Positions 54,917 to 63,101 of a stretch of DNA of 64,000 nucleotides are shown in pieces. The stretch covers positions 45,293 to 109,292 of the forward strand of contig CAYSUM010000004.1 in the NCBI GenBank assembly GCA_964434225.1, in the 5' to 3' direction. The position numbers were made by a program, and so were the translations under genes. Each line of letters begins with the position of its first letter. Position 1 is the stretch's first letter. The notes under the pieces were generated by a model. That model was given only the letters and a program-made list of their open reading frames with translations, did not search any database and was not told where the DNA came from. Source of the DNA: an uncultured Rhizobium sp. GTDB taxonomy: Bacteria > Pseudomonadota > Alphaproteobacteria > Rickettsiales > UBA1997.

Positions 54917-55725
54917 TATTCTTCTGAATTAAAATTACCTTTTGGCTTACAAAAAGCGCGAGCAGTTTCAGACTTTACGAAAGCCGCAACATCTTGAACA
55001 GTTTGACTCGGGAAGCTTTTAGCCGCATCTTCAACACGAGTAGAAAAATTAGAATCATTCTTAGCGAAAACTTGCTTGAAGAAGTTACGCAGAGCGTGAA
55101 TATCTTCGCGCGCAATGCCGCGACGTTTCATGCCGACGATATTCAAACCAGCTAGCGAAGCGCGTTCGCCTATCACTAAACCATTTGGAATAACATCATT
55201 CTCAACGCCAGACATGCCGCCGATCATGGCGCCTTTCCCGATTCTGGCGAATTGATGAACCGCAGAAAGTCCGCCAATTATAACATGGTCACCAACTTCA
55301 ACATGGCCAGCAAGCGTGGCATTATTGGCTAAAATCACATGATTGCCAATGATGCAATCGTGAGCGACATGAGATCCAACCATAAACAAACAATTGTTGC
55401 CAATGGTTGTAATCATTGCGCCATCTTCGGTACCAAGATGAATCGTCACATGTTCGCGAATTTTATTATTGTCGCCGATAACTAATTTTGCTTTTTCGCC
55501 TTTAAATTTTAAATCTTGTGGAACCATACCAATAGAGGCGAAAGGAAAGATAACGTTATTTTTTCCGATTGTTGTATCGCCTTCAATCACGACGTGAGAT
55601 TTGATTATTGTGCCTTCGCCAATTTTTACATCGTCGCCGATAATCGAGTAAGGACCAATTTCAACATTATCAGCAATCTGCGCCGCTTGGCTGACAATCG
55701 CGGTTGGATGAATTTTTTGCGTCAT
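54916..55725 (-). CDS. lpxA: Acyl-ACP--UDP-N-acetylglucosamine O-acyltransferase
   Basis: IHPTAIV...hexapeptide repeats and the ...GLNIVGMKRRG block. The start is taken at ATG 55725, one nt after the fabZ stop codon. Confidence 0.9.
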   Translation of the reverse strand: MTQKIHPTAIVSQAAQIADNVEIGPYSIIGDDVKIGEGTIIKSHVVIEGDTTIGKNNVIFPFASIGMVPQDLKFKGEKAKLVIGDNNKIREHVTIHLGTEDGAMITTIGNNCLFMVGSHVAHDCIIGNHVILANNATLAGHVEVGDHVIIGGLSAVHQFARIGKGAMIGGMSGVENDVIPNGLVIGERASLAGLNIVGMKRRGIAREDIHALRNFFKQVFAKNDSNFSTRVEDAAKSFPSQTVQDVAAFVKSETARAFCKPKGNFNSEE

Positions 55726-55726
55726 A

Positions 55727-56188
55727 TTATTTTTTTTCTTTATCGACAATCATTGCAGAAAGTTGTGCTTCTGAAACTTTTTGGCCATCAACAATCGCTA
55801 CAGCTGAAAGCTTCCAAACTGGTCCACGATTTTGCACAACTTCAACATGCAATTCCAAAACATCGCCTGGAATTACTGGTTTTCTAAACTTCGCGCCATC
55901 AATTGACATAAAATAAACTAATTTTTCTTCCGCTTTAAATCCCGGTGCGGCAGTCACCATCAAGGCTCCGGCTTGAGCCATCGCTTCAATAATTAAAACA
56001 CCCGGCATGATTGGATGATTAGGAAAATGTCCCATAAAATGCGGCTCGTTAAAAGTGACATTTTTGATCGCGACAATTTTTTTACCAATTTCCAGTTCAA
56101 CAACCTTGTCAACCAATAAAAGCGGGTAGCGATGCGGTAAAGATTGCAGAATTTTTTCAATACCAATGATTGTTGTGTGATTAGTCAT
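55727..56188 (-). CDS. fabZ: 3-hydroxyacyl-ACP dehydratase FabZ
   Basis: LPHRYPLLLVD, FFMGHFPNHPIMPGVLIIEAMAQ. Confidence 0.95.
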   Translation of the reverse strand: MTNHTTIIGIEKILQSLPHRYPLLLVDKVVELEIGKKIVAIKNVTFNEPHFMGHFPNHPIMPGVLIIEAMAQAGALMVTAAPGFKAEEKLVYFMSIDGAKFRKPVIPGDVLELHVEVVQNRGPVWKLSAVAIVDGQKVSEAQLSAMIVDKEKK

Positions 56189-56424
56189 AATTTGAGATTT
56201 TCAATTGTTAGAAATTTTTTAGGCAGAAAAAACAGACTGCACCAAAATATTTTTTAAAGGCAAAAAAGCAACCAACGAATTATTGCAGCACTGGCGCGAT
56301 TGGCAACAGCAGGCGATGTTTTACAAGTTATAATTGCTGCACAAACCAGATAATTTTGCTTGATTAGAAACCTTGCCGCCACTTAAATCGCAAGCCTTCC
56401 TGAAGCATTATTTTTTCCTTAAAA

Positions 56425-58197
56425 ATGACAGATCAAAAATTTCACAATAAATTTGCGGGCGCAGAAATTATCGTTAAAGCTTTTATTAACGAGGGCGTAG
56501 ACACGATTTTCGGCTATCCCGGCGGCGCGATTTTGCCTTTTTACGATGCGCTTTTTACGCAAACAAAATTGCATCATATTTTAACTCGTCACGAACAAGC
56601 CGCTGCACATGCAGCTGAGGGCTATGCTCGATCAACGGGAAAAGTTGGTGTAATTACAGTCACTTCTGGACCAGGAGCAACTAATGCAATTACAGGCCTT
56701 ACAGATGCTTATCTTGATTCCATTCCTTTGGTTTGCATTTCTGGACAAGTTGCCACTTCTTTAATCGGAACTGACGGCTTCCAAGAGGCTGATATTACTG
56801 GCTTAACACGCTCTTGCACCAAATATAATTATCTCGTTAAAGATGTTAACGAATTGGGTTACATAATTCACGAAGCCTTTCACATCGCGCGCTCTGGTCG
56901 TCCCGGACCAGTTTTGATCGACATTCCAAAAGACGTCCAAAACAACCACGGAATTTACGAAGGCAAAATGGCGATCAATCGCGCTTCTTACCAAATTCAA
57001 GAACGTCGTTTAGAAATTAATCGCGATGCCGTTTCCAAAGCTGTTGATTTACTTGAAAAAGCCCAGCGCCCAATATTTTACACCGGTGGCGGCATTATTA
57101 ATTCTGGCGAAAAAGCCAGCGAACTTTTACTAAAATTAGTTCACGAAACTGGCTATCCCATCACCAACACTTTGATGGGTTTGGGCGGATTTCCAGCTTC
57201 CGACCCACATTTTATCGGCATGCTTGGTATGCACGGAACCTATGAAGCCAATATGGCGATGTATGATTGCGACGTGATGATTGGCATCGGCGCGCGCTTT
57301 GATGATCGCGTGACTGGCCGCGTTTCTGGCTTCTCGCCAAATTCGAAAAAAATTCACGTTGATGTTGACGATTGCTCAATCGACAAAATTATTAAAGTTG
57401 ATGTTCCTATTGTTGGCGACGCGGCGATTGTTCTTGAGGTAATTCTTGATGAATGGAGATCGCGCAAATTAAAAAACCGCCAAAAAGAAATTTCAGCTTG
57501 GTGGGAAAAGATTAAAAAATGGCAAGCGATCGATTCGCTTTCTTACGAGAAAAGCGACAGCATCATCAAACCCGGATTTGCTTTGCAGCGCTTGAATGAA
57601 TTGACCAAAACTAAAAAACCTTTTATTTCCACCGACGTCGGCCAGCACCAAATGTGGGCGGCGCAATATTTGCATTTTGACCATCCAAAAAAATGGTTAA
57701 CTTCTGGCGGACTTGGAACTATGGGTTACGGCGTTCCAGCAGCAATTGGCGCGCAATTGGCCAATCCAAAAGATTTAGTTATGTGCATCAGCGGTGACGC
57801 ATCTTTTATGATGAATATGCAAGAATTGGCCACGATCAAACAGTATAATTTGCCAGTAAAAATCATCATTTTGAACAATCGCTACATGGGAATGGTGCGT
57901 CAATGGCAGGAATTAATTTACCAAAAACGCGAAAGCCAATCTTACATGGAATCACTTCCTGATTTTGTCAAACTTGCTGAAGCCTTCGGTATCAAGGGAA
58001 TGGAATGTTCAAACCCAGCGCAACTTGACCAAAAATTTATCGAAATGATCGATCATCAAGGTCCAGTTTTATTTAATTGCGTCATCGAAAAATCAGAAAA
58101 TGTTTTCCCGATGATTCCAGCTGGAGCAGCTCACAACGAAATTCTTCTTGGTTCGCAAGCAAAACAATATGTTCAAAAAGACATTAACGCCGTTTAG
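56425..58197 (+). CDS. ilvB: Acetolactate synthase large subunit
   Basis: ThDP enzyme blocks are present (GYPGGAILPFYDAL, GPGATNA, GLGTMGYGVPAAIGA, NN..MGMVRQWQ). Confidence 0.95.
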   Translation: MTDQKFHNKFAGAEIIVKAFINEGVDTIFGYPGGAILPFYDALFTQTKLHHILTRHEQAAAHAAEGYARSTGKVGVITVTSGPGATNAITGLTDAYLDSIPLVCISGQVATSLIGTDGFQEADITGLTRSCTKYNYLVKDVNELGYIIHEAFHIARSGRPGPVLIDIPKDVQNNHGIYEGKMAINRASYQIQERRLEINRDAVSKAVDLLEKAQRPIFYTGGGIINSGEKASELLLKLVHETGYPITNTLMGLGGFPASDPHFIGMLGMHGTYEANMAMYDCDVMIGIGARFDDRVTGRVSGFSPNSKKIHVDVDDCSIDKIIKVDVPIVGDAAIVLEVILDEWRSRKLKNRQKEISAWWEKIKKWQAIDSLSYEKSDSIIKPGFALQRLNELTKTKKPFISTDVGQHQMWAAQYLHFDHPKKWLTSGGLGTMGYGVPAAIGAQLANPKDLVMCISGDASFMMNMQELATIKQYNLPVKIIILNNRYMGMVRQWQELIYQKRESQSYMESLPDFVKLAEAFGIKGMECSNPAQLDQKFIEMIDHQGPVLFNCVIEKSENVFPMIPAGAAHNEILLGSQAKQYVQKDINAV

Positions 58198-58203
58198 AAA
58201 TTT

Positions 58204-58719
58204 ATGACTGATATCATTAAAAAACACGTAATCGCAATTTTAGTCGACAATGAATTCGGGGCTTTGGCGCGGATTGTCGAACTCTTTTCGGCGCGCGGCT
58301 ATAATATCGAATCGCTGAATGTTGCACCAACTTCAATCGATAAAAAACTCTCGCGCATCACTATCACAACTTTTGGAACTACCAAAACTATTGATCTGAT
58401 TTGCAAACTTTTAAAACGCATTATTCCAGTTCACACCGCGGCAGAATTGACTCGCGAGCAAGGTTATATCGAGCGCGAATTAGCTTTAATTCAAATTATT
58501 GCTGACGAATCAAGACGCGAAAAAGCCTTGGGAGTTGTTGATAAATATCGCTCCAGCGTGGTTGATATTGCTGGCGATTCAATCGTTTTTGAAGTGATTG
58601 GAAATTCAGAAATTATCGACGAGCTTTTGCTAAAACTGGTTCCGTATGGTTTAGAATCGGTATCAAGAACTGGAATTGCCGCTGGATTTAAAGGTGAAAA
58701 AAAATTAGCGAATAGTTAG
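58204..58719 (+). CDS. ilvN: Acetolactate synthase small (regulatory) subunit
   Basis: ACT domain HVIAILVDNEFGALARIVELFSARGYNIESL, directly after ilvB. Confidence 0.9.
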   Translation: MTDIIKKHVIAILVDNEFGALARIVELFSARGYNIESLNVAPTSIDKKLSRITITTFGTTKTIDLICKLLKRIIPVHTAAELTREQGYIERELALIQIIADESRREKALGVVDKYRSSVVDIAGDSIVFEVIGNSEIIDELLLKLVPYGLESVSRTGIAAGFKGEKKLANS

Positions 58720-58721
58720 CC

Positions 58722-58751
58722 CTAGAGCCTGTATTAAAATTCAGGCTCTAG
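58722..58751 (+). terminator. Hairpin after ilvN
   Basis: ctagagcctg / caggctctag is a perfect 10-bp stem. No clear T-tract follows. Confidence 0.45.
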
Positions 58752-58839
58752 ACAATCTTTAAAGTAATGCTTGACTGATTGATTGCCAAAAATATCTTGC
58801 GCCCCTCTTTTTTAACTCCCCCAAATATTTAGGTAAAAT

Positions 58840-59034
58840 ATGGCTGGAAAACCAAAGGCTTCAAAGTCTAAAAGAAATTCTATTTTGTTCAAATTGGTTA
58901 GCTCTGCTGGCACTGGATTCTTCTATCTTGCGCGCCGCAATCCAAAACAAAAACAAGAAAAAATGGTGTTTACAAAATACGATCCCGTTGTTCGTAAGCA
59001 TGTAGAATTCAAAGAGCAGAAGCTTTCGAGCTAA
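58840..59034 (+). CDS. rpmG: 50S ribosomal protein L33
   Basis: LVSSAGTGFFYLARRNPKQ..EKM...KYDPVVRKHVEFKE is the L33 pattern. Confidence 0.9.
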   Translation: MAGKPKASKSKRNSILFKLVSSAGTGFFYLARRNPKQKQEKMVFTKYDPVVRKHVEFKEQKLSS

Positions 59035-59047
59035 GCTCTTGAAAAAA

Positions 59048-59082
59048 GGCGGACTCGCCAAAATCGAGTCCGCCTTTTTTTT
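59048..59082 (+). terminator. Rho-independent terminator after rpmG
   Basis: ggcggactcg...cgagtccgcc followed by tttttttt. Confidence 0.85.
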
Positions 59083-59107
59083 GTCTAAAAATCCTATCTT
59101 TTGAAAT

Positions 59108-60046
59108 ATGTTAACTCCCCTGACCTCGCAAATTATTGAAGTTGTAGAAAAAGCCGCAATTGCTTGTTACGATTGGATTGGCAAAGGTGATAATATGGCT
59201 GCCGATAAAGCTGCGGTTGAATCAATGCGCGCAACTTTGAATCAAATGAACATCCAAGGAACTATCGTAATTGGCGAAGGCGAACGCGATGAAGCGCCGA
59301 TGCTTTATATCGGCGAAGAAGTTGGCAAAGGTGGAATTGAAGTTGATATTGCGCTTGATCCACTTGAGGGAACTACAATTTGCGCCAATGCTGGCGAGTC
59401 TTCTTTGGCAGTAATTGCTTTTGCAAAAAAAGGCGGATTTTTACACGCTCCCGACGTTTACATGGAAAAAATTGCGGTTGGCGCAGGACTTCCCGAAGGC
59501 GTAATCGATCTTGATAATTCGGCGAAAGTGAATTTGGCCAACATCGCGCAAGCTAAGAAATGCTCTATTTCTGATTTAACCGTGATGATTCTTGAGCGCT
59601 CGCGTCACGAAGAATTGATTGCCAAAGTCCGCGAAGCTGGAGCTCGCATTCGTTTAATCGGCGATGGCGACGTTGCTGGAGTTATCGCTTGCACCAATCA
59701 ATCGGTTCGAATTGACGCCTACATGGGAACTGGCGGCGCGCCTGAAGGAGTTTTGGCAGCAGCTGGACTTCGCGTAATTGGCGGACAAATGATGGGTCGC
59801 TTAATTTTTGGCGGCAATCAAAAACAAATTGAGCGCGCCAAAAAAATGGGAATTTCTGATTTGAATAAAAAATATACCGCCAATGAAATGGCTCGCGGCG
59901 ACGTAATTTTCGCCTGCGCTGGCGTAACTGACGGCTATTTGTTGAATGGAATTAAAAAATGCAGCGGCAAAATTTTTGTCAATTCATTAATCATGGATTC
60001 AGCCGCCAAAAGAGTTCTGCGCACTAATTCAGAATTTCTTGTATAA
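59108..60046 (+). CDS. glpX: Fructose-1,6-bisphosphatase class II
   Basis: GKGDNMAADKAAV..MR, IGEGERDEAPMLYIGE and DPLEGT motifs are present. Confidence 0.9.
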   Translation: MLTPLTSQIIEVVEKAAIACYDWIGKGDNMAADKAAVESMRATLNQMNIQGTIVIGEGERDEAPMLYIGEEVGKGGIEVDIALDPLEGTTICANAGESSLAVIAFAKKGGFLHAPDVYMEKIAVGAGLPEGVIDLDNSAKVNLANIAQAKKCSISDLTVMILERSRHEELIAKVREAGARIRLIGDGDVAGVIACTNQSVRIDAYMGTGGAPEGVLAAAGLRVIGGQMMGRLIFGGNQKQIERAKKMGISDLNKKYTANEMARGDVIFACAGVTDGYLLNGIKKCSGKIFVNSLIMDSAAKRVLRTNSEFLV

Positions 60047-60340
60047 AAATAATAATCACCACCACTCCTTCTTAAACTTACCCTCATAACCATTCACAAA
60101 GGTTATTTTAAAACGTTGACTTATACCCAAAATCAATTCTAGGCCGAACTATCGCTTCTTGGTAACTAACTCATTTGAAATCCATTAAGTTTAGATGAAG
60201 TTAAAAATTTCTTATCTCCAAACGAATAATTTTTCGTTCCTGATTTTTCATAACGCTGTTGTTGTTAGCACATCTTTTGCTTTTTTTTCTTTCTAAATTC
60301 CGCCCTCGTTGCGGATTTTATAAACTAAAATTCTAAATTT

Positions 60341-61171
60341 ATGTCTATTTTATCTCAACGCCAAGACCAATTAACCTCAGTTTTACAAGCTTGGAATAGC
60401 CTTGCTGAAAAAACACAAAAAGACACCATCAATTTGGTGATGCCTTTAATTGAGAGCGCCAGTCTTTTTACAAAAATTTCTCCAAGCCAAGCTCTGGAAG
60501 CAGAACTTGAGGCTTTCAAAAACAATTATAGCTCAATTTATCAAACCGACATTTCAGCTTTAGGAGCTTCCGATTTCTCTCCCGAGTCAATGCTAATTCT
60601 TGAAAAAATTCACGATATCGATTGTTTGGAAGAAAAATCGTCCGAAGAAAAAAGAGAATTAGTCGTCGCGCATCTTACAGCAGAAGCTGGCTTGACACTG
60701 TCAGAATTCAGAAAAAAACTTCTCAAAGAGCTCGACCATAAATATCAACATGCTCACGCCCGCATTTCGTGGAATTATGGAAAATTGTCCGACGCCATTC
60801 TTCTTCACAATAACCAAGGCGGATTGTCAGCAAAGTTCAATAAAATTGGCGCCATTGAAGATGAGCGAGAATTTTTCTCACAACTGGTTGACCTAAGCAG
60901 AACCATCAACATTCCTGGCAATTTCGATCTTTTAAAAACGCAGTTTGGAATTGATGGAATTGAAGAACATACCGTAATTAATCAAGGCACTTTATATCGC
61001 GCCAATCTTGATAATCCTGCTTTGATTCATCAAATCGAAGGCACCGAAAATGGAGAAAATCTTTTCACAAAAACGCAGGAATTTTTTACTCTACAATCTC
61101 AAAAAAAAGCATCAAAACTGATATCGAAGCCTTGGGAGAAAAATTGGGAGTCACCGATCCCAAAACCATAA
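60341..61171 (+). CDS. Hypothetical protein, probably the 5' part of a split or frameshifted gene
   Basis: No family recognised. The frame ends 63 nt after an A8 run, and the -1 frame continues into the next ORF. Confidence 0.5.
   Translation: MSILSQRQDQLTSVLQAWNSLAEKTQKDTINLVMPLIESASLFTKISPSQALEAELEAFKNNYSSIYQTDISALGASDFSPESMLILEKIHDIDCLEEKSSEEKRELVVAHLTAEAGLTLSEFRKKLLKELDHKYQHAHARISWNYGKLSDAILLHNNQGGLSAKFNKIGAIEDEREFFSQLVDLSRTINIPGNFDLLKTQFGIDGIEEHTVINQGTLYRANLDNPALIHQIEGTENGENLFTKTQEFFTLQSQKKASKLISKPWEKNWESPIPKP
61102..61108 (+). other. A_AAA_AAA slippery heptamer within an A8 run (61101-61108): candidate -1 frameshift or indel site
   Basis: The zero-frame codons are CAA AAA AAA GCA. The -1 frame is open from 60979 and reads ...SKKSIKTDIEALGEKLGVTDPK into ORF 61132..62571. 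Confidence 0.55.
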
Positions 61172-62571
61172 AAACTTGGCAAGACGATTATGTGGCCAAT
61201 GTTAAACCCAATGTCGCGCTGACTATTGGATATGAAATGGAATTTTTATTATTGCCAGTCGGCGGTCCAGCTGGCGCAGCGCAATATTATGAAGAGCAAA
61301 GCGATTTTGAAAAATTGATTAAAGGTTCTGCCGATTTGGATTCCAGAAAGAAAATGCGGGAAAATTATGGCTTTCCACGCGGATATATAGAAGACGCGCC
61401 ACACCTTTTATTGGCTCACACTCCGAATATTTTGCTGCTTTTTTCCAAAGGAGAATTGCAAGAAATTGCGCAGAAAAATAATCAAATAAATCGCGATAAA
61501 AGAGGCGATGTAAAATCTTTCTTGGTCAATAGAAAAACTGGCGATGCCGCAAAAGATAAACTATTTGATGCCGCAATTGGAAACATCGATCTTTTATCCA
61601 GCGAAGAAATTTTCTTTTTCGATCTTTTATTTTTGCGCAGCGATCAAGCAGCCGCATGTAAAATCGAGCTTGATGGCGTATTTGAATTTGACAAAACTAT
61701 TCAAGAAAATTTAGCCAATATTCTTCCCAACATTGCCCATAAAGCCTCTTTTTATTCACAAACTCTCGACATGATTCGCGCTCACGAAGTTTCAATCGGA
61801 CCATTTGAGATTGACGAATCAATCGCCAAAAAAAATATCGCAATCTTTTATTTACGAGGAGTTGCGCAAGAGCATGGTTTGCGCGCAAAAGATCGCGACG
61901 TCCAAATAAATATCGGCGCTTTTCAAGGTGGCAGCGTTTTATTTCAAGTTGATGGAAGTTTAATGACGATTACCGCTCCAAATCAAGAAGCTCAAGTCAA
62001 TGGGTCAACCGCTAAACTGCTTTTAGCAATTCAAAAAGGATTACGAAACGCCATCGAAGATTATCCTTCAATTGCACGCGAAGGCCAAAACGAAGTCAGC
62101 GTTGCGGTTGATCGAAAAAAAGGATTTGATGGCCTTTTGAAAGGAACGCCATTTTATAAATCTTACAGCAAAGAAGCTGGACATTCGGCAGATTCATCAG
62201 CTTTTCTGGTTCATCGCGACAATACTGGAAAATCAGGAATGATACGATTGGCGCGCATCAGCGACAAAATTTCTGTTGCTGAAATCAGACTTATCGGAAA
62301 CAATACTCACGTTCCTAATCATGACGAATCAGTTCGGCTAGTTTTTAACGGAGCTGGAGTTTTGCCAGAAATTATTTTGCCTTACTTAATTACCGAAGTA
62401 AAAAAATTGGGCGATTTATCTGCAGATAGAAACACAGCGGTTTTGGTTGAGCACGACGGTTCAATAACTAAATTGCCTCCCGCAAAAATAGATTACAAAA
62501 AAAGTCGTGATAAACCAAATCCATTTTTAACAACAGTGGAATCTGAAAATGCGACAGATTTACCAAACTAA
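61132..62571 (+). CDS. Hypothetical protein with glutamine-synthetase-like (carboxylate-amine ligase fold) motifs; probably the 3' part of the split gene
   Basis: The only start is a TTG. Motifs TIGYEMEFLL, AHEVSIGPFEI and MIRLARI...AEIRLIGNN recall the GS catalytic blocks ExE, HHEV..GQ.E and R..IR...E.R. Confidence 0.5.
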   Translation: MGEKLGVTDPKTIKTWQDDYVANVKPNVALTIGYEMEFLLLPVGGPAGAAQYYEEQSDFEKLIKGSADLDSRKKMRENYGFPRGYIEDAPHLLLAHTPNILLLFSKGELQEIAQKNNQINRDKRGDVKSFLVNRKTGDAAKDKLFDAAIGNIDLLSSEEIFFFDLLFLRSDQAAACKIELDGVFEFDKTIQENLANILPNIAHKASFYSQTLDMIRAHEVSIGPFEIDESIAKKNIAIFYLRGVAQEHGLRAKDRDVQINIGAFQGGSVLFQVDGSLMTITAPNQEAQVNGSTAKLLLAIQKGLRNAIEDYPSIAREGQNEVSVAVDRKKGFDGLLKGTPFYKSYSKEAGHSADSSAFLVHRDNTGKSGMIRLARISDKISVAEIRLIGNNTHVPNHDESVRLVFNGAGVLPEIILPYLITEVKKLGDLSADRNTAVLVEHDGSITKLPPAKIDYKKSRDKPNPFLTTVESENATDLPN

Positions 62572-62589
62572 AAATTTATTTTTCCCAAA

Positions 62590-63036
62590 ATGTCCAACAT
62601 CAAAGTAATTTCACAATATATCAAAGACCTGTCTTTTGAAGTTCCAAATTCGCCACAAATTTTTTTAAATGCCGCAGTAAAGCCTGACATCGAGCTTTCA
62701 ATCAATATCGACGCCACAAAAATTGCTGAAGAAATTTTTGAAGTAAGTTTAAAAATTTCTGCTGATGCCAAAGGCGATAATCAAAGGATTTTTTTGTGCG
62801 AAATTTCTTACGGCGCGGTATTTTCAATCAAAAATATTGAAGCCGATATGTTGGAGCAAATTCTGTTAATTTATTGTCCGAATTTAATTTTCCCTTACTT
62901 AAGAAGAATTGTTACTAACCTTACTTCTGACGGTGGATTTCCTCCGCTGATGCTTGATCCAATTGATTTTGCCGATCTTTATAATCGCAGAAAATTGGCG
63001 GCAAATTCAACACCGATTAACGATACAAAGAACTGA
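62590..63036 (+). CDS. secB: Protein-export chaperone SecB
   Basis: VISQYIKDLSFEVPNSPQIF is the alphaproteobacterial-type SecB N-terminus; 148 aa. Confidence 0.85.
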   Translation: MSNIKVISQYIKDLSFEVPNSPQIFLNAAVKPDIELSINIDATKIAEEIFEVSLKISADAKGDNQRIFLCEISYGAVFSIKNIEADMLEQILLIYCPNLIFPYLRRIVTNLTSDGGFPPLMLDPIDFADLYNRRKLAANSTPINDTKN

Positions 63037-63101
63037 TATGGCTATTGTATTTATCAGGCACTATTAGCTAAAGAATCTGGTCCAACAAATTAATATTTAA
63101 A

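Noticed and set aside
56189-56424. Leader-peptide attenuator upstream of ilvB
   Set aside because: The only short ORF I saw there (atgttttacaagttataa, MFYKL*) has no Ile/Leu/Val run, and no convincing terminator/antiterminator pair was found.
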